DNA of 64,000 bases from an uncultured bacterium. GTDB lineage: Bacteria > Krumholzibacteriota > Krumholzibacteriia > LZORAL124-64-63. The stretch spans positions 96,001 to 160,000 of the forward strand of contig CAVSZB010000005.1 of the NCBI GenBank assembly GCA_963732385.1. The letters are read 5' to 3'. The position numbers and the translations under genes are program-made. Under the pieces are notes generated by a model. The model was not told the origin of the DNA. It ran no database searches and saw only the letters and a list, made by a program, of their open reading frames with translations. Of this stretch, positions 22,473-33,163 are shown in pieces. The stretch's first letter is position 1; each line of letters starts with the position of its first letter.

Positions 22473-23277
22473 CCCCGGACGGGCCGGCATCCGGCAGCCC
22501 TGTGTCCCCGGGCGGCCCGGCCCGCGCGCGCAGGAGCGCTTCGGCCCGCGCGAGATCCGCGTCGGTGGTGACTTTCCAGTTCTCCGGCTCCCCCCAGACG
22601 ATGACCGGAGCGCGCCCCTGCGCCGCCAGCAGCCCGCCATCGTCGGTGAAATCGAGACCCCGTTCGCGCGCCCAGCGATGCGCGGCGAGGAGGAGCCCCC
22701 CCCGGAAGACCTGCGGCGTCTGCAGGGCGCGCAACGCGCCACGTTCGAGGTAGCGCGCGACCGGCTGCGCGTCAGCTGCCTCCGCCTCGCGCGCGCCAAC
22801 GGACGGGACGATCTCCACGATCGTGTCCGTCACCGCCACACCCGGCACCGCGGCGCCGTGCTCCCCCGCCACGGCCGCCACGCGCGCCAGCAGCTGGCGC
22901 GATGCGAACGGGCGCGCCGCGTCGTGCACCGCGATCAGGTCGTCGTCGCTGACGGGACGACCCGCAAGCAGCGCCTCGAGCGCACACCAGGTCGAGCCGG
23001 TGCGCGTCTCGCCGCCGGGGGTCACCTGCCAGGCGCACGGGAGCAGCGCCGCCGCCAACTCGCCGCGGGCGATCGCCAGCCATGGCCCGGGCACGGACAC
23101 CGTTACGGTCACCACGCCGGGCGCCTCGGCCAGTTCGCGGATTCCCCACAGCATGAGCGAGGCTCCGCTGACCTGCCGGAACTGTTTGGGCGGCTCGGCG
23201 TCGGCGCGGCGTGCGCGCACGCCCAGGCCGCCAGCCATCACCAGCAGGTGCAGGGGACGCACGTGGGGCGCGACCAT
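22435..23277 (-). CDS. ispD: 2-C-methyl-D-erythritol 4-phosphate cytidylyltransferase
   Basis: AGGLGVR..PKQF, GGETR, VHDAARP, QTPQVF, FTDD and NWKVTT motifs. Lies downstream of radA. Confidence 0.9.
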   Translation of the reverse strand: MVAPHVRPLHLLVMAGGLGVRARRADAEPPKQFRQVSGASLMLWGIRELAEAPGVVTVTVSVPGPWLAIARGELAAALLPCAWQVTPGGETRTGSTWCALEALLAGRPVSDDDLIAVHDAARPFASRQLLARVAAVAGEHGAAVPGVAVTDTIVEIVPSVGAREAEAADAQPVARYLERGALRALQTPQVFRGGLLLAAHRWARERGLDFTDDGGLLAAQGRAPVIVWGEPENWKVTTDADLARAEALLRARAGPPGDTGLPDAGPSGATSSSPASPRRP

Positions 23278-23281
23278 CGCT

Positions 23282-24814
23282 TCATCCCTCCCGCGGGGCG
23301 GCATGGCGAACCGGCGCCGGCGCCGTCCGCGTCGGCGCCAGCGCCATGGCCACCGCCTCCTCCACGCTGACCGCCGCGTCGATGGTCAGCCCCTCTTCCC
23401 GGGTGCGGTGCCGCTTGGCCCGCGCCGTCACCACGCGGGTGAACCCGTGCCGCGCCGCCTCGCGCAGCCGGCTGGCGCGGTCGGACACGTCGCGCAGCTC
23501 GCCGGTCAGCCCCACCTCGCCAAGCACGAGCGTGTCGACCGGGATCGGCACCTCGCGCAGCGACGAGGCGAGCGCCGCCAGAATCGCCAGGTCGGCGGCC
23601 GGGTCGTCGAGCCGCGCGCCGCCCGCAACCTTCACGAAGATGTCGCAGCCGGCGATATCCATACCGGCCCGTTTTTCGAGGATGGCGGCCAGCAGGGCGA
23701 CCCGTTTCGAGTCCACCCCCTGCACCACCCGCTGCGGGGTGCCGTAACGCGTGGGCGACACCAGCGCCTGCACCTCGACCAGGAAGATGCGCGATCCGTT
23801 GCGCACGGCGCACACCGCCGCGCCCGGCTCCACGCCGCGCCGTCCGCTCAGAAACAGCGCCCCGGCCTCGTCGACCGGCTGCAGGCCGTCGCCCCGCATC
23901 TCGAGGATGGCCAGCTCGCCGGTGGCGCCGAAGCGGTTCTTGAACGCGCGCACCATGCGCACGGCGCCCCCCTCGGATCCCTCGAAGTAGAGCACCGTAT
24001 CGACCATGTGCTCGAGCAGCTTCGGCCCCGCCAGCTCGCCCGACTTGGTCACGTGCCCGACCAGGAACACCGGACAGCCGGTCTGCCGCGCGAAATCGGC
24101 CAGCACGCCGCCGCAGTAGCGGATCTGGCTGACGCTGCCGGGCCAGCCGTCGATCGCCTCGCTGTGCAGCGTCTGCACCGAATCGGCGATGACCACGCAC
24201 GGCGTGTCGGGGTGGGCGGCACGATCGTCGTAGAGGGCGTACAGCAGACGTTCGAGCTGCACGTCGTCGAGGATGAGGAATCCCGGCTCGCGTTTGCTGT
24301 CGAACCCGAGCCGCTCCCCCCTCATCCGGATCTGCGCCGGCGACTCCTCGCCGGCGATGTACAGGACCCGCACGCCGGCCCGCACCCAGCGCAGGGCGAG
24401 CCCGGTCAGCAGCGTCGACTTGCCCACGCCCGGTTCCCCGCCCAGCAGCACCACCGACCCCTCGACCAGCCCGCCGCCGAGCACCCGGGAAACCTCTTCC
24501 GGCTCCACCGCCAGGCGCTTCGCCTGCGCCGACGAGATCTCCGCCAGCGGCACCGCCCGCAGCGGCCCCTCGCCGCGGCTCGGCGCGAAGCCGGGCTGAC
24601 CGACCCCCTCGCCGGCGGCGCCCTGGCCAGGACGGCCGGAGGCGCGGTGCGAGCCATAGCCGCGCGCTCCCTTCCCCTCGCCCCCCCCCGCGGCGCCGGG
24701 GATCTTGACCTCGGTGAACGAATTCCACTCTCCGCACCCGGGGCAGCGCCCCATCCAGCGGACCTCCTCGTGGCCACAGCTCTGACAGAGGAATTTCGTC
24801 GTATCGCGCGCCAT
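23282..24814 (-). CDS. radA: DNA repair protein RadA/Sms
   Basis: CQSC..CPGC zinc finger, GEPGVGKST, KNRFG and a Lon-like C-terminus. Confidence 0.96.
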   Translation of the reverse strand: MARDTTKFLCQSCGHEEVRWMGRCPGCGEWNSFTEVKIPGAAGGGEGKGARGYGSHRASGRPGQGAAGEGVGQPGFAPSRGEGPLRAVPLAEISSAQAKRLAVEPEEVSRVLGGGLVEGSVVLLGGEPGVGKSTLLTGLALRWVRAGVRVLYIAGEESPAQIRMRGERLGFDSKREPGFLILDDVQLERLLYALYDDRAAHPDTPCVVIADSVQTLHSEAIDGWPGSVSQIRYCGGVLADFARQTGCPVFLVGHVTKSGELAGPKLLEHMVDTVLYFEGSEGGAVRMVRAFKNRFGATGELAILEMRGDGLQPVDEAGALFLSGRRGVEPGAAVCAVRNGSRIFLVEVQALVSPTRYGTPQRVVQGVDSKRVALLAAILEKRAGMDIAGCDIFVKVAGGARLDDPAADLAILAALASSLREVPIPVDTLVLGEVGLTGELRDVSDRASRLREAARHGFTRVVTARAKRHRTREEGLTIDAAVSVEEAVAMALAPTRTAPAPVRHAAPREG

Positions 24815-25102
24815 ACAGCGCTCGCTTTCCGGGAGGGAGATCGCCGTTTCGGGCCGTACACCGGCCGAGCAGCCGACATGCCACGCCAGCTTACGCGTTG
24901 TGGGCCGCAGGGTCAAAGGGCGGGGCGACTTCGCCTCAGCCTGTTGCCGCCCGGACCCACCTTCTGTTATTATTGGTATTCCAGAGGCCTATCCTGATAT
25001 TTCGATGCTGCCGCGGAATTTGCTTCCGGCCTGAATTTTCGCTGACGCCAGGGCTGGCGCGGTCGCCCCTCGCATGCCACAAGATCAAAAAGGCGGGCTC
25101 AA

Positions 25103-28100
25103 ATGAGGAAAAACAATTTATTCAGCACAAGGCACATCCTGCCCCGCGCCCTGATGGTGGCCTGTTTCGGGCTGCTGGCGCTGCAGCTCCCCCGCCTGGT
25201 CGGCATCGGCAACGACGACCCAGGCGCCCGCGACCTGGCCCGCCTCGAACGCTGGCGCGAGCATGCCCGGCCCGGCAGCGCGGAGCGTTTCAAGATCGAG
25301 CGCCGGATCGACCGGCTCGAGCGCCAGCGCGCCGGGAAACCGGCCTTCGACGAGCCGGACCAGTTCGCCCGCCTGCTCAACGAGATGCGGATCCCGGCCG
25401 ACCGCCAGGAGTCGGAGTACGACGCCGGCTACCGGGTGCGCGAGCTGAGCGTGGCGCGCCAGGCGCTCAAGGCGCTCGGCACGCCGCTGGCCTGGGAAAG
25501 CCGCGGACCGGGCAACGTGGCCGGCCGCGCCCGCGCGATCATCGTCGATCCCGACGACCCGACGAACAGCACCTGGTACATCGGCACCGCCAGCGGCGGC
25601 GTCTGGAAGACCGTCGACTCCGGCGCCGCCTGGGCGCCGCTCACCGACGGGTTCCCGGTCCTGTCGTGCCAGTCGCTGGCCATGGCCGCGAGCAACCACG
25701 ACGTGATGTACGTCGGCACGGGCGAGAGTTTCTTCAATATCGACACCATCAACGGTAACGGGATCCTCAAAACCACCGACCGCGGCCTGACCTGGACCCA
25801 CCTGGCGACGACCGTCGACGACCCGGCCTTCAACAATGTCTCGCGCCTGGTGGTCGACCCCGCCAACGCGGACATCGTGCTGGCCACGACGACCGTGGGC
25901 CGTTACAAGGCTTTGATCCTCCAGCGTTCGAGCATCTACAAGTCGACCGACGGCGGCGCCAGCTGGCTGGAGGTGTACGCGATCACCGACCTCGGCACTT
26001 CCGGAACGGCGAAGAAGATCCAGCAGATCGTGGCCGACCCGACCGACTTCAACGTGCTCTACGCCACCGTCGATGAAGCGGGCATTCTCAAGTCCACCAA
26101 CGCCGGCGCCACCTGGGCCTGGGCCAACACCGGCATCACCAACTTCACGGGCCGGTTCGAGCTGGCGATCTCGCCGGTCGATCACAACCGGTTGTACGCT
26201 TCGGCGGAGGGGGCCAGCCACGCCGAACTCTGGATCTCGACCAACGGCGGCGCCAACTGGTCGGAAACCTTCGAGAGCGGAACCGAGCCGAACTGGCTCG
26301 GCGCCCAGGGCTGGTACGACAATACGATTGTCTGCCACCCGACGAACACCAACATCGTCTACGTGGGCGGGATCCAGCTCTGGCAGATCACCCTCAGCGG
26401 CACCAGCCGCACATCGAGCCTGCTCACCACCGGACCCGTGCACGTGGACCAGCACGGCCTCGTGGTCCTGCAGGACGGCGGCGGCGCCTGGCGCCTGCTC
26501 AACACGAACGACGGCGGCATTGGCCTGTCGTCGGCCTCCGCCTCCGGCTGGACCGCGCCGATCGACGGCATGACCACCACGCAGTTCTACGGGGTCGACA
26601 AGCGCCCCGGCGCCAGCGCCTACTTCGGCGGCATGCAGGACAACGGCACCTGGTTCTCGCCGCCCGGCTCCGACGCGCTGACGCCGTGGACCTTCGCCAT
26701 CGGCGGCGACGGTTATGAGACGTCGTGGCACTTCGACGATCCGCTGAAGATGATCGGCGGCTACCAGTACAACGGGCTGCAGCGCTCGCTCGACGGCGGC
26801 GCCACCTGGAACGGCGCCACGAGCGGCCTGCTCGACCTCGGTTCGGCCCGCGCGCCGTTCGTCACCAAGATCGCCAAGAGCCGCCAGGCGCCCGAGCTGC
26901 TCTTCGCCGTCGGCCGCGACGGCGTCTGGCGCTCGACGAACTTCGGCGGCAGCTGGGCCCTCTCCGCCATCTCGTCGACCACCTGGGGCGCGGTCAGCAG
27001 CTTCCACGACGTGAAGATCTCGCGCGCCGACCCCGCCGTCGTCTGGGGCGGCTCGCGCATGGACGCCACCGTAAAGATCCACCTCTCGACCGACGGCGGC
27101 GTCACTTTCGCCCCCGTCCCCAGCTACAGCGCCGTCACCATGGGCGGCATCTCCGGCCTGGCCACCCATCCCACCGACGCCTCCACCGCCTACGTGCTGT
27201 TCAGCTTCGCCGGCCGTCCCAAGATCCTGCGCACGACCGACTTTGGCTCCACCTGGACCGACCTCACCGGCTTCGTCGGCGGCAGCCCGAGCACCAACGG
27301 CTTCCCCGACGTCGCCGTCTACGACCTGCTCGTGTTCTCGGACAACCCGAACCACCTGTGGGCCGGCACCGAGATCGGCCTGGTCGAATCGCTCGACGGC
27401 GGCGCCTCCTGGGCGCTCGCCGACAACGGACTGCCGGCGGTGGCGATCTGGAACCTGGCCGAGGTCGAAGACGAAGTGGTCGTCGGCACGCACGGCCGCG
27501 GCATCTGGAGCGTGAAGATGCCGTCGCTGGTGGCGGGTCAGACCTTCCGGCCGCTGATCGACGGTCTCTACCAGGGCCCCGACGGCCTGCTGAGCATCGC
27601 TCTCAACCTGCGCTCGGAGTACGATTCGACGACGGTTTTCCTGGACGGAGCTCCGCTGACCGTCCTGCCGGCCAACACTTTCCAGCAGAGCGCCTTCGTG
27701 CAGGCGCCCGTGCTCGCGGCCGGCACGAAGAGCGTGTTCGCGCGCGGGCACCGCGACGGCATTGCGTACGATTCGGTCACCCGCACGCTCGCCGTCTACG
27801 CGCTGCAGACACCCGTGTTCACTTACGTGAATGACTTCGAAACGCCCACCGACGACTTCGTCGGCAGCGGCTTCACGATCGGCGGGACCGCCAGGTTCAC
27901 CGGCAGCGCGATCAACTCCGCCCACGACTACCCCGACAACGTCACGTCCACTTATCTGCTCACGGTCCCGATCCGGGTGGCGCAGAGCAGCGCCTACGTT
28001 TCGTTCGACGAGGTCGCGCTGGTCGAGCCGGGCGATCCGGGCACCGTGTTCGGCGACAACAGCTTCTGGGACTACGTCATCGTGGAGGGCAGCCGCGACG

Positions 28101-28645
28101 GCGTGACCTGGCTGCCGATCGAGCCGGGCTACGACTGCCGGCGCGATCCGGACTGGGAAACCGCCTGGTACAGCAACACCCCCGGCAGCTCCGCCCTGCT
28201 GCGCCATCACGTGTTCGACCTGCAAAACGTCTTCGTCTGGAACGAGACGATCCTGCTGCGCCTGCGACTCTACGCCGACTCCTCGGTGAACGGCTGGGGC
28301 TGGATCGTCGACAACCTGGAGATCCAGGTCGGCAGCCCCACCGACGTGCCGAACGGGCCGGCTGCCCGCGTGGTCGCGCTCGCCCAGAACACCCCGAATC
28401 CCTTCAATCCCGCCACGACCATCCGGTACGCGCTGCCGCGCGACAGCGATGTGAACCTGCGCGTTTTCGACCTGCGCGGGCGTCTGGTGCAGACGCTGGT
28501 CGACGGGGTCGAGCCCGCGGGCGAGCATACGGTGCTGTGGGACGGCCGTGCGGCCGGCGGGGGCGCCGTCGCCAGCGGCGTGTACCTGTATCGTCTGCAG
28601 GCGGGCAACGAGGTGCGGCAGCGCCGCATGACGCTGGTCAGGTAG
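25103..28645 (+). CDS. Large secreted BNR/Asp-box beta-propeller (VPS10/glycosyl hydrolase-like) with FlgD-Ig C-terminal domain
   Basis: RGPGNVAGR, many S/TxDGGxxW Asp-boxes, HVDQH, GGMQDNG and GTHGRG. C-terminus NTPNPFNP..WDG..VASGVY. Confidence 0.88.
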   Translation: MRKNNLFSTRHILPRALMVACFGLLALQLPRLVGIGNDDPGARDLARLERWREHARPGSAERFKIERRIDRLERQRAGKPAFDEPDQFARLLNEMRIPADRQESEYDAGYRVRELSVARQALKALGTPLAWESRGPGNVAGRARAIIVDPDDPTNSTWYIGTASGGVWKTVDSGAAWAPLTDGFPVLSCQSLAMAASNHDVMYVGTGESFFNIDTINGNGILKTTDRGLTWTHLATTVDDPAFNNVSRLVVDPANADIVLATTTVGRYKALILQRSSIYKSTDGGASWLEVYAITDLGTSGTAKKIQQIVADPTDFNVLYATVDEAGILKSTNAGATWAWANTGITNFTGRFELAISPVDHNRLYASAEGASHAELWISTNGGANWSETFESGTEPNWLGAQGWYDNTIVCHPTNTNIVYVGGIQLWQITLSGTSRTSSLLTTGPVHVDQHGLVVLQDGGGAWRLLNTNDGGIGLSSASASGWTAPIDGMTTTQFYGVDKRPGASAYFGGMQDNGTWFSPPGSDALTPWTFAIGGDGYETSWHFDDPLKMIGGYQYNGLQRSLDGGATWNGATSGLLDLGSARAPFVTKIAKSRQAPELLFAVGRDGVWRSTNFGGSWALSAISSTTWGAVSSFHDVKISRADPAVVWGGSRMDATVKIHLSTDGGVTFAPVPSYSAVTMGGISGLATHPTDASTAYVLFSFAGRPKILRTTDFGSTWTDLTGFVGGSPSTNGFPDVAVYDLLVFSDNPNHLWAGTEIGLVESLDGGASWALADNGLPAVAIWNLAEVEDEVVVGTHGRGIWSVKMPSLVAGQTFRPLIDGLYQGPDGLLSIALNLRSEYDSTTVFLDGAPLTVLPANTFQQSAFVQAPVLAAGTKSVFARGHRDGIAYDSVTRTLAVYALQTPVFTYVNDFETPTDDFVGSGFTIGGTARFTGSAINSAHDYPDNVTSTYLLTVPIRVAQSSAYVSFDEVALVEPGDPGTVFGDNSFWDYVIVEGSRDGVTWLPIEPGYDCRRDPDWETAWYSNTPGSSALLRHHVFDLQNVFVWNETILLRLRLYADSSVNGWGWIVDNLEIQVGSPTDVPNGPAARVVALAQNTPNPFNPATTIRYALPRDSDVNLRVFDLRGRLVQTLVDGVEPAGEHTVLWDGRAAGGGAVASGVYLYRLQAGNEVRQRRMTLVR

Positions 28646-28659
28646 GAGAAGCAGCGCAG

Positions 28660-28682
28660 GCGGCGGCGCGGGCCGCCGCTTT
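28660..28682. terminator. Hairpin between convergent genes
   Basis: GCGGCGGC-N4-GCCGCCGC followed by TTT. Confidence 0.5.
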
Positions 28683-30829
28683 CAACGCACGAGGGTAAGC
28701 CGGCGCGTGTGCGTGAGCCCGTTCGTCGCGAGTCGGCAGACGTAGACACCGCTGGCGACGGGATTGCCGGCGTCGTCGCGGCCATCCCAGACGACGGCGC
28801 CCGCGCCGGCCGGCAGGTCGGCGGCGAGCAGCGTGCGGATGACGGCGCCGCGCGCATCGTGCACCCGCACGGTGGCGCGGCCCGCGCGCGCCAGAGTGTA
28901 GCGGATCTCGGCGCGCGGATTGAACGGGTTGGGCAGGATGGCCAGCAGGGCGCTGCGGGCGACGGGGAGATCGTCGGCGCCGGTCGGATCGCCCGCGACG
29001 ACGACCCGCAGCGGCGACGCGGGGCCGGTCGCCGGATGCAGGGCGGCAATGCCGGCCGTGTCGGCGGCGGCGAGATAGTACTCCAGCGTCGTGCCGTCGA
29101 CGGCCGCCGGCAGCGCGGCGAAGAACGAGTCCGGGCCGGAGGCCGCCAGGGGGAGCGCCTGCCAGGCGCCACCGTCGGCGCGCCAGTGCAGCTGCAGCGT
29201 GGCCGGGACGAGCGGCAGGCGGTCGCCGATCAGGCAGCCGACCGGATAGCCGAACGCCGGCGGCAGGGTGTCGGCCAGCGCGACATGCGTGATGTGCGGC
29301 CCGTAGTAGTCGAGCGCGGCCACCGCGTCGAGGATCCCCCAGCCGAAATCGATGTCGGGCAGCGTCGCGCGCGAAGCGGTTTCGCGCAGCGCCTCGCGGA
29401 CCTGCCACGGCGTCAGGCCGGGCGCGCGCTGCAGCAGCAGCGCCGCCACCCCCGCCGCCAGCGGGCAGGAGAGCGAAGTCCCCGAGACCGTGACATACCC
29501 GGTGTCGACGGTCGGCGATGCCGCCGGCACCGCCACGCCGAGCGCGCAGAAGTCCGGCTTGACGCGACCGTCGGCCGTGGGGCCGGGCGACGAGAAACTC
29601 GCGATGGCGCCGTCGAGACGCACGGCGCCGACCGTCAGCACGGAATCGCCGTCGGCGGGGACGAGGATGTGCCCCCAGGCAGTGGTCCGCTCGTTGCCGG
29701 CCGACGCACAGACGACGATGCCACGGGCTGCCGCCAGGTCGGCCGCTCGCGTGGTGACCGCGGTGTCGCCATCGAGATCATCGAAGGTGTACCAGTCGGA
29801 ATAGCCGAGCGAACTGGAAACGACGTCCACGCCGAAGGTGTCGAGCCACTCGATCCCGGCGACCCAGTTGTCCTCCTCGGCCGGCACCTCGACGGAGATG
29901 TCCTCGGTCTTCGCCAGCGCCACGACGGCGTCATACGCCGGCCCAGTCAGTTCTCCCGGCTCGCGCCCCATCAGCGCGGAGAGCGTGTACGTGCCGTGAT
30001 TCTGCTCCCCGATCGGATCGCCCGGCTCGTCCTGCACCACCGGATCGTTGTTGACGAAGTCCCAGCGTCCCAGCACCGGGATCTGGTCGAGCGCCTCGTG
30101 GGTCGTCCTGAAGCCGGTGTCGAGCATGCCGATGATGACGCCGGCGCCGGTATAGCCGGCGGCGTGGACGGCCGGGACGTTGATCTGGGCGAGTGCGGCG
30201 AAGCTGGCGCCGTAGGCGACAGTATCGATGACGGCGGCGCCGGCGGGCGTCACCGCGGCCGGCGCCGACTTCGCCGGCCACCCGTCGTCCGGCGGCGGCG
30301 GCGGCGGCGTGCGCCGGAACTTCGCCACCAGGTCCACGCGCGCCACCGCCGGCAACGCCGCGATGCGGCGCACCTGGTCCGGCGTGGCGTCGAAGCTGGC
30401 CGCGTTCAGCCAGCGGCTGAGCCGGCGCGGCGCGGCGCCGGTGGCCGTCACCGCGTCGATCCCGCGTGGCGCGACCGGCAGGTCGCCCACATCCACCAGG
30501 CGCGCGCGACCGTCGGCGCCGCGCCTGCCGACGCCCGCGTCGGCGGCCCGCATCTTCTCCCGTCGCCACGCCGCGTGGGCCGGGAGCGCCGCCTGCGCCT
30601 CCGTGAGCGCCGTCGCGAGCGCCTCGCCCTGCAACCCCTTGTCCCGGAAGAACACCCAGACCGCCAGCCGACCCTGTCCGTCGCGCGGGAAAGCTGCCGG
30701 ATCAACGAGCGCCCGTTCGAGGCGCGGCCCAAGATCCGCCGCAGCGCCCGCCGTCGCGGCCCCCGCGCCGCCGGCCAGTCCGAGCCACGCCGGCAGGATC
30801 ATCTTCAGCAGAGGCCCGGCGCTTCGCAT
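28682..30829 (-). CDS. S8 (subtilisin) serine peptidase with FlgD-Ig C-terminal domain
   Basis: Catalytic LDTG, NHGT and SGTSLSCP, oxyanion SAGNE, and C-terminal PNPFNP..WDGRDD..VASGVY. Confidence 0.92.
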   Translation of the reverse strand: MRSAGPLLKMILPAWLGLAGGAGAATAGAAADLGPRLERALVDPAAFPRDGQGRLAVWVFFRDKGLQGEALATALTEAQAALPAHAAWRREKMRAADAGVGRRGADGRARLVDVGDLPVAPRGIDAVTATGAAPRRLSRWLNAASFDATPDQVRRIAALPAVARVDLVAKFRRTPPPPPPDDGWPAKSAPAAVTPAGAAVIDTVAYGASFAALAQINVPAVHAAGYTGAGVIIGMLDTGFRTTHEALDQIPVLGRWDFVNNDPVVQDEPGDPIGEQNHGTYTLSALMGREPGELTGPAYDAVVALAKTEDISVEVPAEEDNWVAGIEWLDTFGVDVVSSSLGYSDWYTFDDLDGDTAVTTRAADLAAARGIVVCASAGNERTTAWGHILVPADGDSVLTVGAVRLDGAIASFSSPGPTADGRVKPDFCALGVAVPAASPTVDTGYVTVSGTSLSCPLAAGVAALLLQRAPGLTPWQVREALRETASRATLPDIDFGWGILDAVAALDYYGPHITHVALADTLPPAFGYPVGCLIGDRLPLVPATLQLHWRADGGAWQALPLAASGPDSFFAALPAAVDGTTLEYYLAAADTAGIAALHPATGPASPLRVVVAGDPTGADDLPVARSALLAILPNPFNPRAEIRYTLARAGRATVRVHDARGAVIRTLLAADLPAGAGAVVWDGRDDAGNPVASGVYVCRLATNGLTHTRRLTLVR

Positions 30830-30859
30830 GTTGACTCTCCCTGCGTGTCTGACGCGCCC

Positions 30860-31369
30860 CTACATCGGCGAAAAGCCCTGGTCGGCCCAGTAGGCGTCCT
30901 GCATGACCTTCTCGATCTCCATCAGCTGGTTCAGGTGCCCGACTTCCCACTCGGCGAGCCAGCCGAAGATCTTCTTCAGATCCGGATCCTCGGTCTTCTC
31001 CGCCCCGGCGCGATAGAAGCTGATCGCCTTGTTCTCAAGATCGCAACCAATGCCGATGACCGCCATCTCGAACGTACCGCGCTTGACCGAGGCGCGGAAC
31101 ACGTCGTCGATGATCGGCGCGGCGCCGTGGTCAACCTCGGCGGGATGCACCACCGACAGGTCCATCCGCCCGTGCTCCATCAGGCTCCGGTACTGCGCCT
31201 TGAGAATCGCCACGTGCTCCTCTTCGTCGCGGGCGAGCGCGGCGAACATCGCCTTCGCGTCCGGATCGGGGGTCTGGGTCACGGCGTGCGAATAGAGCTG
31301 CTGACCCTTGATCTCGGTCATGAGGGCGGTCTTCACCGCGTCGAGCATCCGCTGCTGCTTCGCGTCCAT
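30860..31369 (-). CDS. Rubrerythrin/ferritin-like protein
   Basis: Two E..G..Y / ExxH repeats (DEEEH, WEVGH). GGAGGA RBS. Confidence 0.85.
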   Translation of the reverse strand: MDAKQQRMLDAVKTALMTEIKGQQLYSHAVTQTPDPDAKAMFAALARDEEEHVAILKAQYRSLMEHGRMDLSVVHPAEVDHGAAPIIDDVFRASVKRGTFEMAVIGIGCDLENKAISFYRAGAEKTEDPDLKKIFGWLAEWEVGHLNQLMEIEKVMQDAYWADQGFSPM

Positions 31370-31411
31370 CCGGTCCTCCTCCGCCCCGCGCCGCGAACCG
31401 CGGCCGGCGGG

Positions 31412-32311
31412 TTAAAAGTCGATCACGTTGAAACGGAAATAACGCTTGGGATTGCGTCGGAAATCCTTGAGGAGCTCGCGCACCTCGCTCAGCGTCTGCG
31501 TCGTCTCCTCGTAGAGACGGTCGTCGGTGAGCAGCTTGCCGGCCGTTCCCTGGCCCGCCTCGAGCCGGGCCATGAGCGAGAGCAGGGAATCGGCGGTGCG
31601 CTCGACCAGGGCGAGCGTCGAGTCGGAATGCGCCAGCGTGCGGGACGCCCGGGCCAGCGTGCCGGCCGCGCCGCTGTCGGGCGCCGTAACCGCCTCGCGC
31701 AGAGCCGTGGCCGTCGTGCGCAGCTCCTGCACGAGCACCCGCAGGTCCTGGCGGTTCTCGCCCAGGGCGCCGTCCACGTTCTGCAGCGTTGACCGGGCGG
31801 CGTCGACCGTGCCCGCGAGACGTCCCTCCCGCTGCAGCTCCTGCACCAGGATGCGCAGATCGCCCATCAGGTCGTTGAGGCCGGCCATCGTCTCGCCGGC
31901 CGTGGCGGTCATCGCGGTGAGCGAAGGCTCGGCGATGCCCTGGAAGACATGCCCCGGCCTCACGGTGCTACCCTTGCCCGGCGACACCTCCACGATCTTC
32001 TCGCCGACGATGCCGACCGTGGCGAGGCGGAACTGCGCGTCGTCGCGCAGCGTGATGGTCTGGTCCAGCAGCACCGTCACGCGCACCACATCCTCCACCA
32101 TCTCGAAGCCCATCACCTTGCCCATGCGCATGCCGCGCACCTGGACCCGGTCGCTCACCTGCAGGCCGTCCACCGCGGGGAACTCCACCTGGTAGCGCAC
32201 CATGCTCCCGGCGAAGCGGAACTGCTTGAACCAGAGCAATCCGAACACGAACACCAGGGTGGAGAGCAGCACGCAGACTCCGACCTGGATCTCTTTCCGG
32301 CGCTGCATCAT
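31412..32311 (-). CDS. mlaD: MlaD/MCE family protein
   Basis: N-terminal TM, an MCE domain (GLQVSDRVQVRGMRMGKV), coiled-coil, and GTAGKLLTD..LY...NPKRY. Confidence 0.85.
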   Translation of the reverse strand: MMQRRKEIQVGVCVLLSTLVFVFGLLWFKQFRFAGSMVRYQVEFPAVDGLQVSDRVQVRGMRMGKVMGFEMVEDVVRVTVLLDQTITLRDDAQFRLATVGIVGEKIVEVSPGKGSTVRPGHVFQGIAEPSLTAMTATAGETMAGLNDLMGDLRILVQELQREGRLAGTVDAARSTLQNVDGALGENRQDLRVLVQELRTTATALREAVTAPDSGAAGTLARASRTLAHSDSTLALVERTADSLLSLMARLEAGQGTAGKLLTDDRLYEETTQTLSEVRELLKDFRRNPKRYFRFNVIDF

Positions 32312-32350
32312 GGCGGCCTCCGTGGCGGACCCGCGTCCGCGCGTCAGGGC

Positions 32351-33163
32351 TCAGAACAGTCCCAGGGGGCCCTGGGCGCTGCCTTCGATGAACTGCCGCA
32401 CCGCCGGATGGTCGGTGTGGCGGGTATTATCGACCGTGTCGGCGTGAATGATCCTCCCGCGACTCAGCATGGCGATGCGGTCGCCGATCTTGAAGGCGCT
32501 CGCCATGTCGTGCGTCACCGCGATCGAGGTCACCTTCAGCTCCCGCTGCAGCTTGAGGATCAGGTCGTTGATGGCGTCGCCCGTGATCGGATCGAGTCCC
32601 GTCGTCGGCTCGTCGTACAGGATGTACTGCGGCTGCATGGCGATCGCGCGGGCGAGCCCGGCGCGCTTGCGCATGCCGCCCGACAGCTCCGAGGGAATCT
32701 TGGCCTCCACGCCCGCCAGCCCCACCATCTCGAGACACTCGCGCACGCGGTCGCGGATCTCGCCGGGGGTCATCGCCGTGTGTTCCTTCAGACCGAAGCC
32801 GAGGTTTTCGCCAATGGTCATCGAGTCGAACAGCGCGGCGCCCTGGAACAGCATGCCGAAGCGCTTGCGCAGCTCGAACAGCTCCGGCCGCTCGGCGCCC
32901 GTGATCTCGGCGCCGTCCACCCAGACCCGGCCGGCGTCCGGCTCGAGCAGCCGGACCATGAGCTTGAGCAGGACCGACTTCCCCTCGCCGCTGCGCCCGA
33001 TGATGACCACGGTCTCGCCGCGGCGGATCAGGAAATCGAGACCGTCGACCACCTTCCGGCCGCCGAACGATTTCGTCACGCCCTGGATGGCGATGCCGGC
33101 GTGCGATGCCGGGTCGGCCAGGCGGAAATCGGGCAGCGGGCGGGTGTCGGCGGTGTTGGTCAT
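32351..33163 (-). CDS. mlaF: MlaF-type ABC transporter ATP-binding protein
   Basis: GRSGEGKS, FQGAALFDS, ELSGGMRKR and YDEPTTGLDP. The start MTNTAD overlaps the mlaE stop. Confidence 0.92.
   Translation of the reverse strand: MTNTADTRPLPDFRLADPASHAGIAIQGVTKSFGGRKVVDGLDFLIRRGETVVIIGRSGEGKSVLLKLMVRLLEPDAGRVWVDGAEITGAERPELFELRKRFGMLFQGAALFDSMTIGENLGFGLKEHTAMTPGEIRDRVRECLEMVGLAGVEAKIPSELSGGMRKRAGLARAIAMQPQYILYDEPTTGLDPITGDAINDLILKLQRELKVTSIAVTHDMASAFKIGDRIAMLSRGRIIHADTVDNTRHTDHPAVRQFIEGSAQGPLGLF

Noticed and set aside
25118..31792. Very long antisense ORFs (25118-28528 minus, 28709-31792 plus) and many similar ones elsewhere
   Set aside because: Shadow ORFs caused by high GC3 codon bias. They have no motifs and lie opposite well-supported genes.
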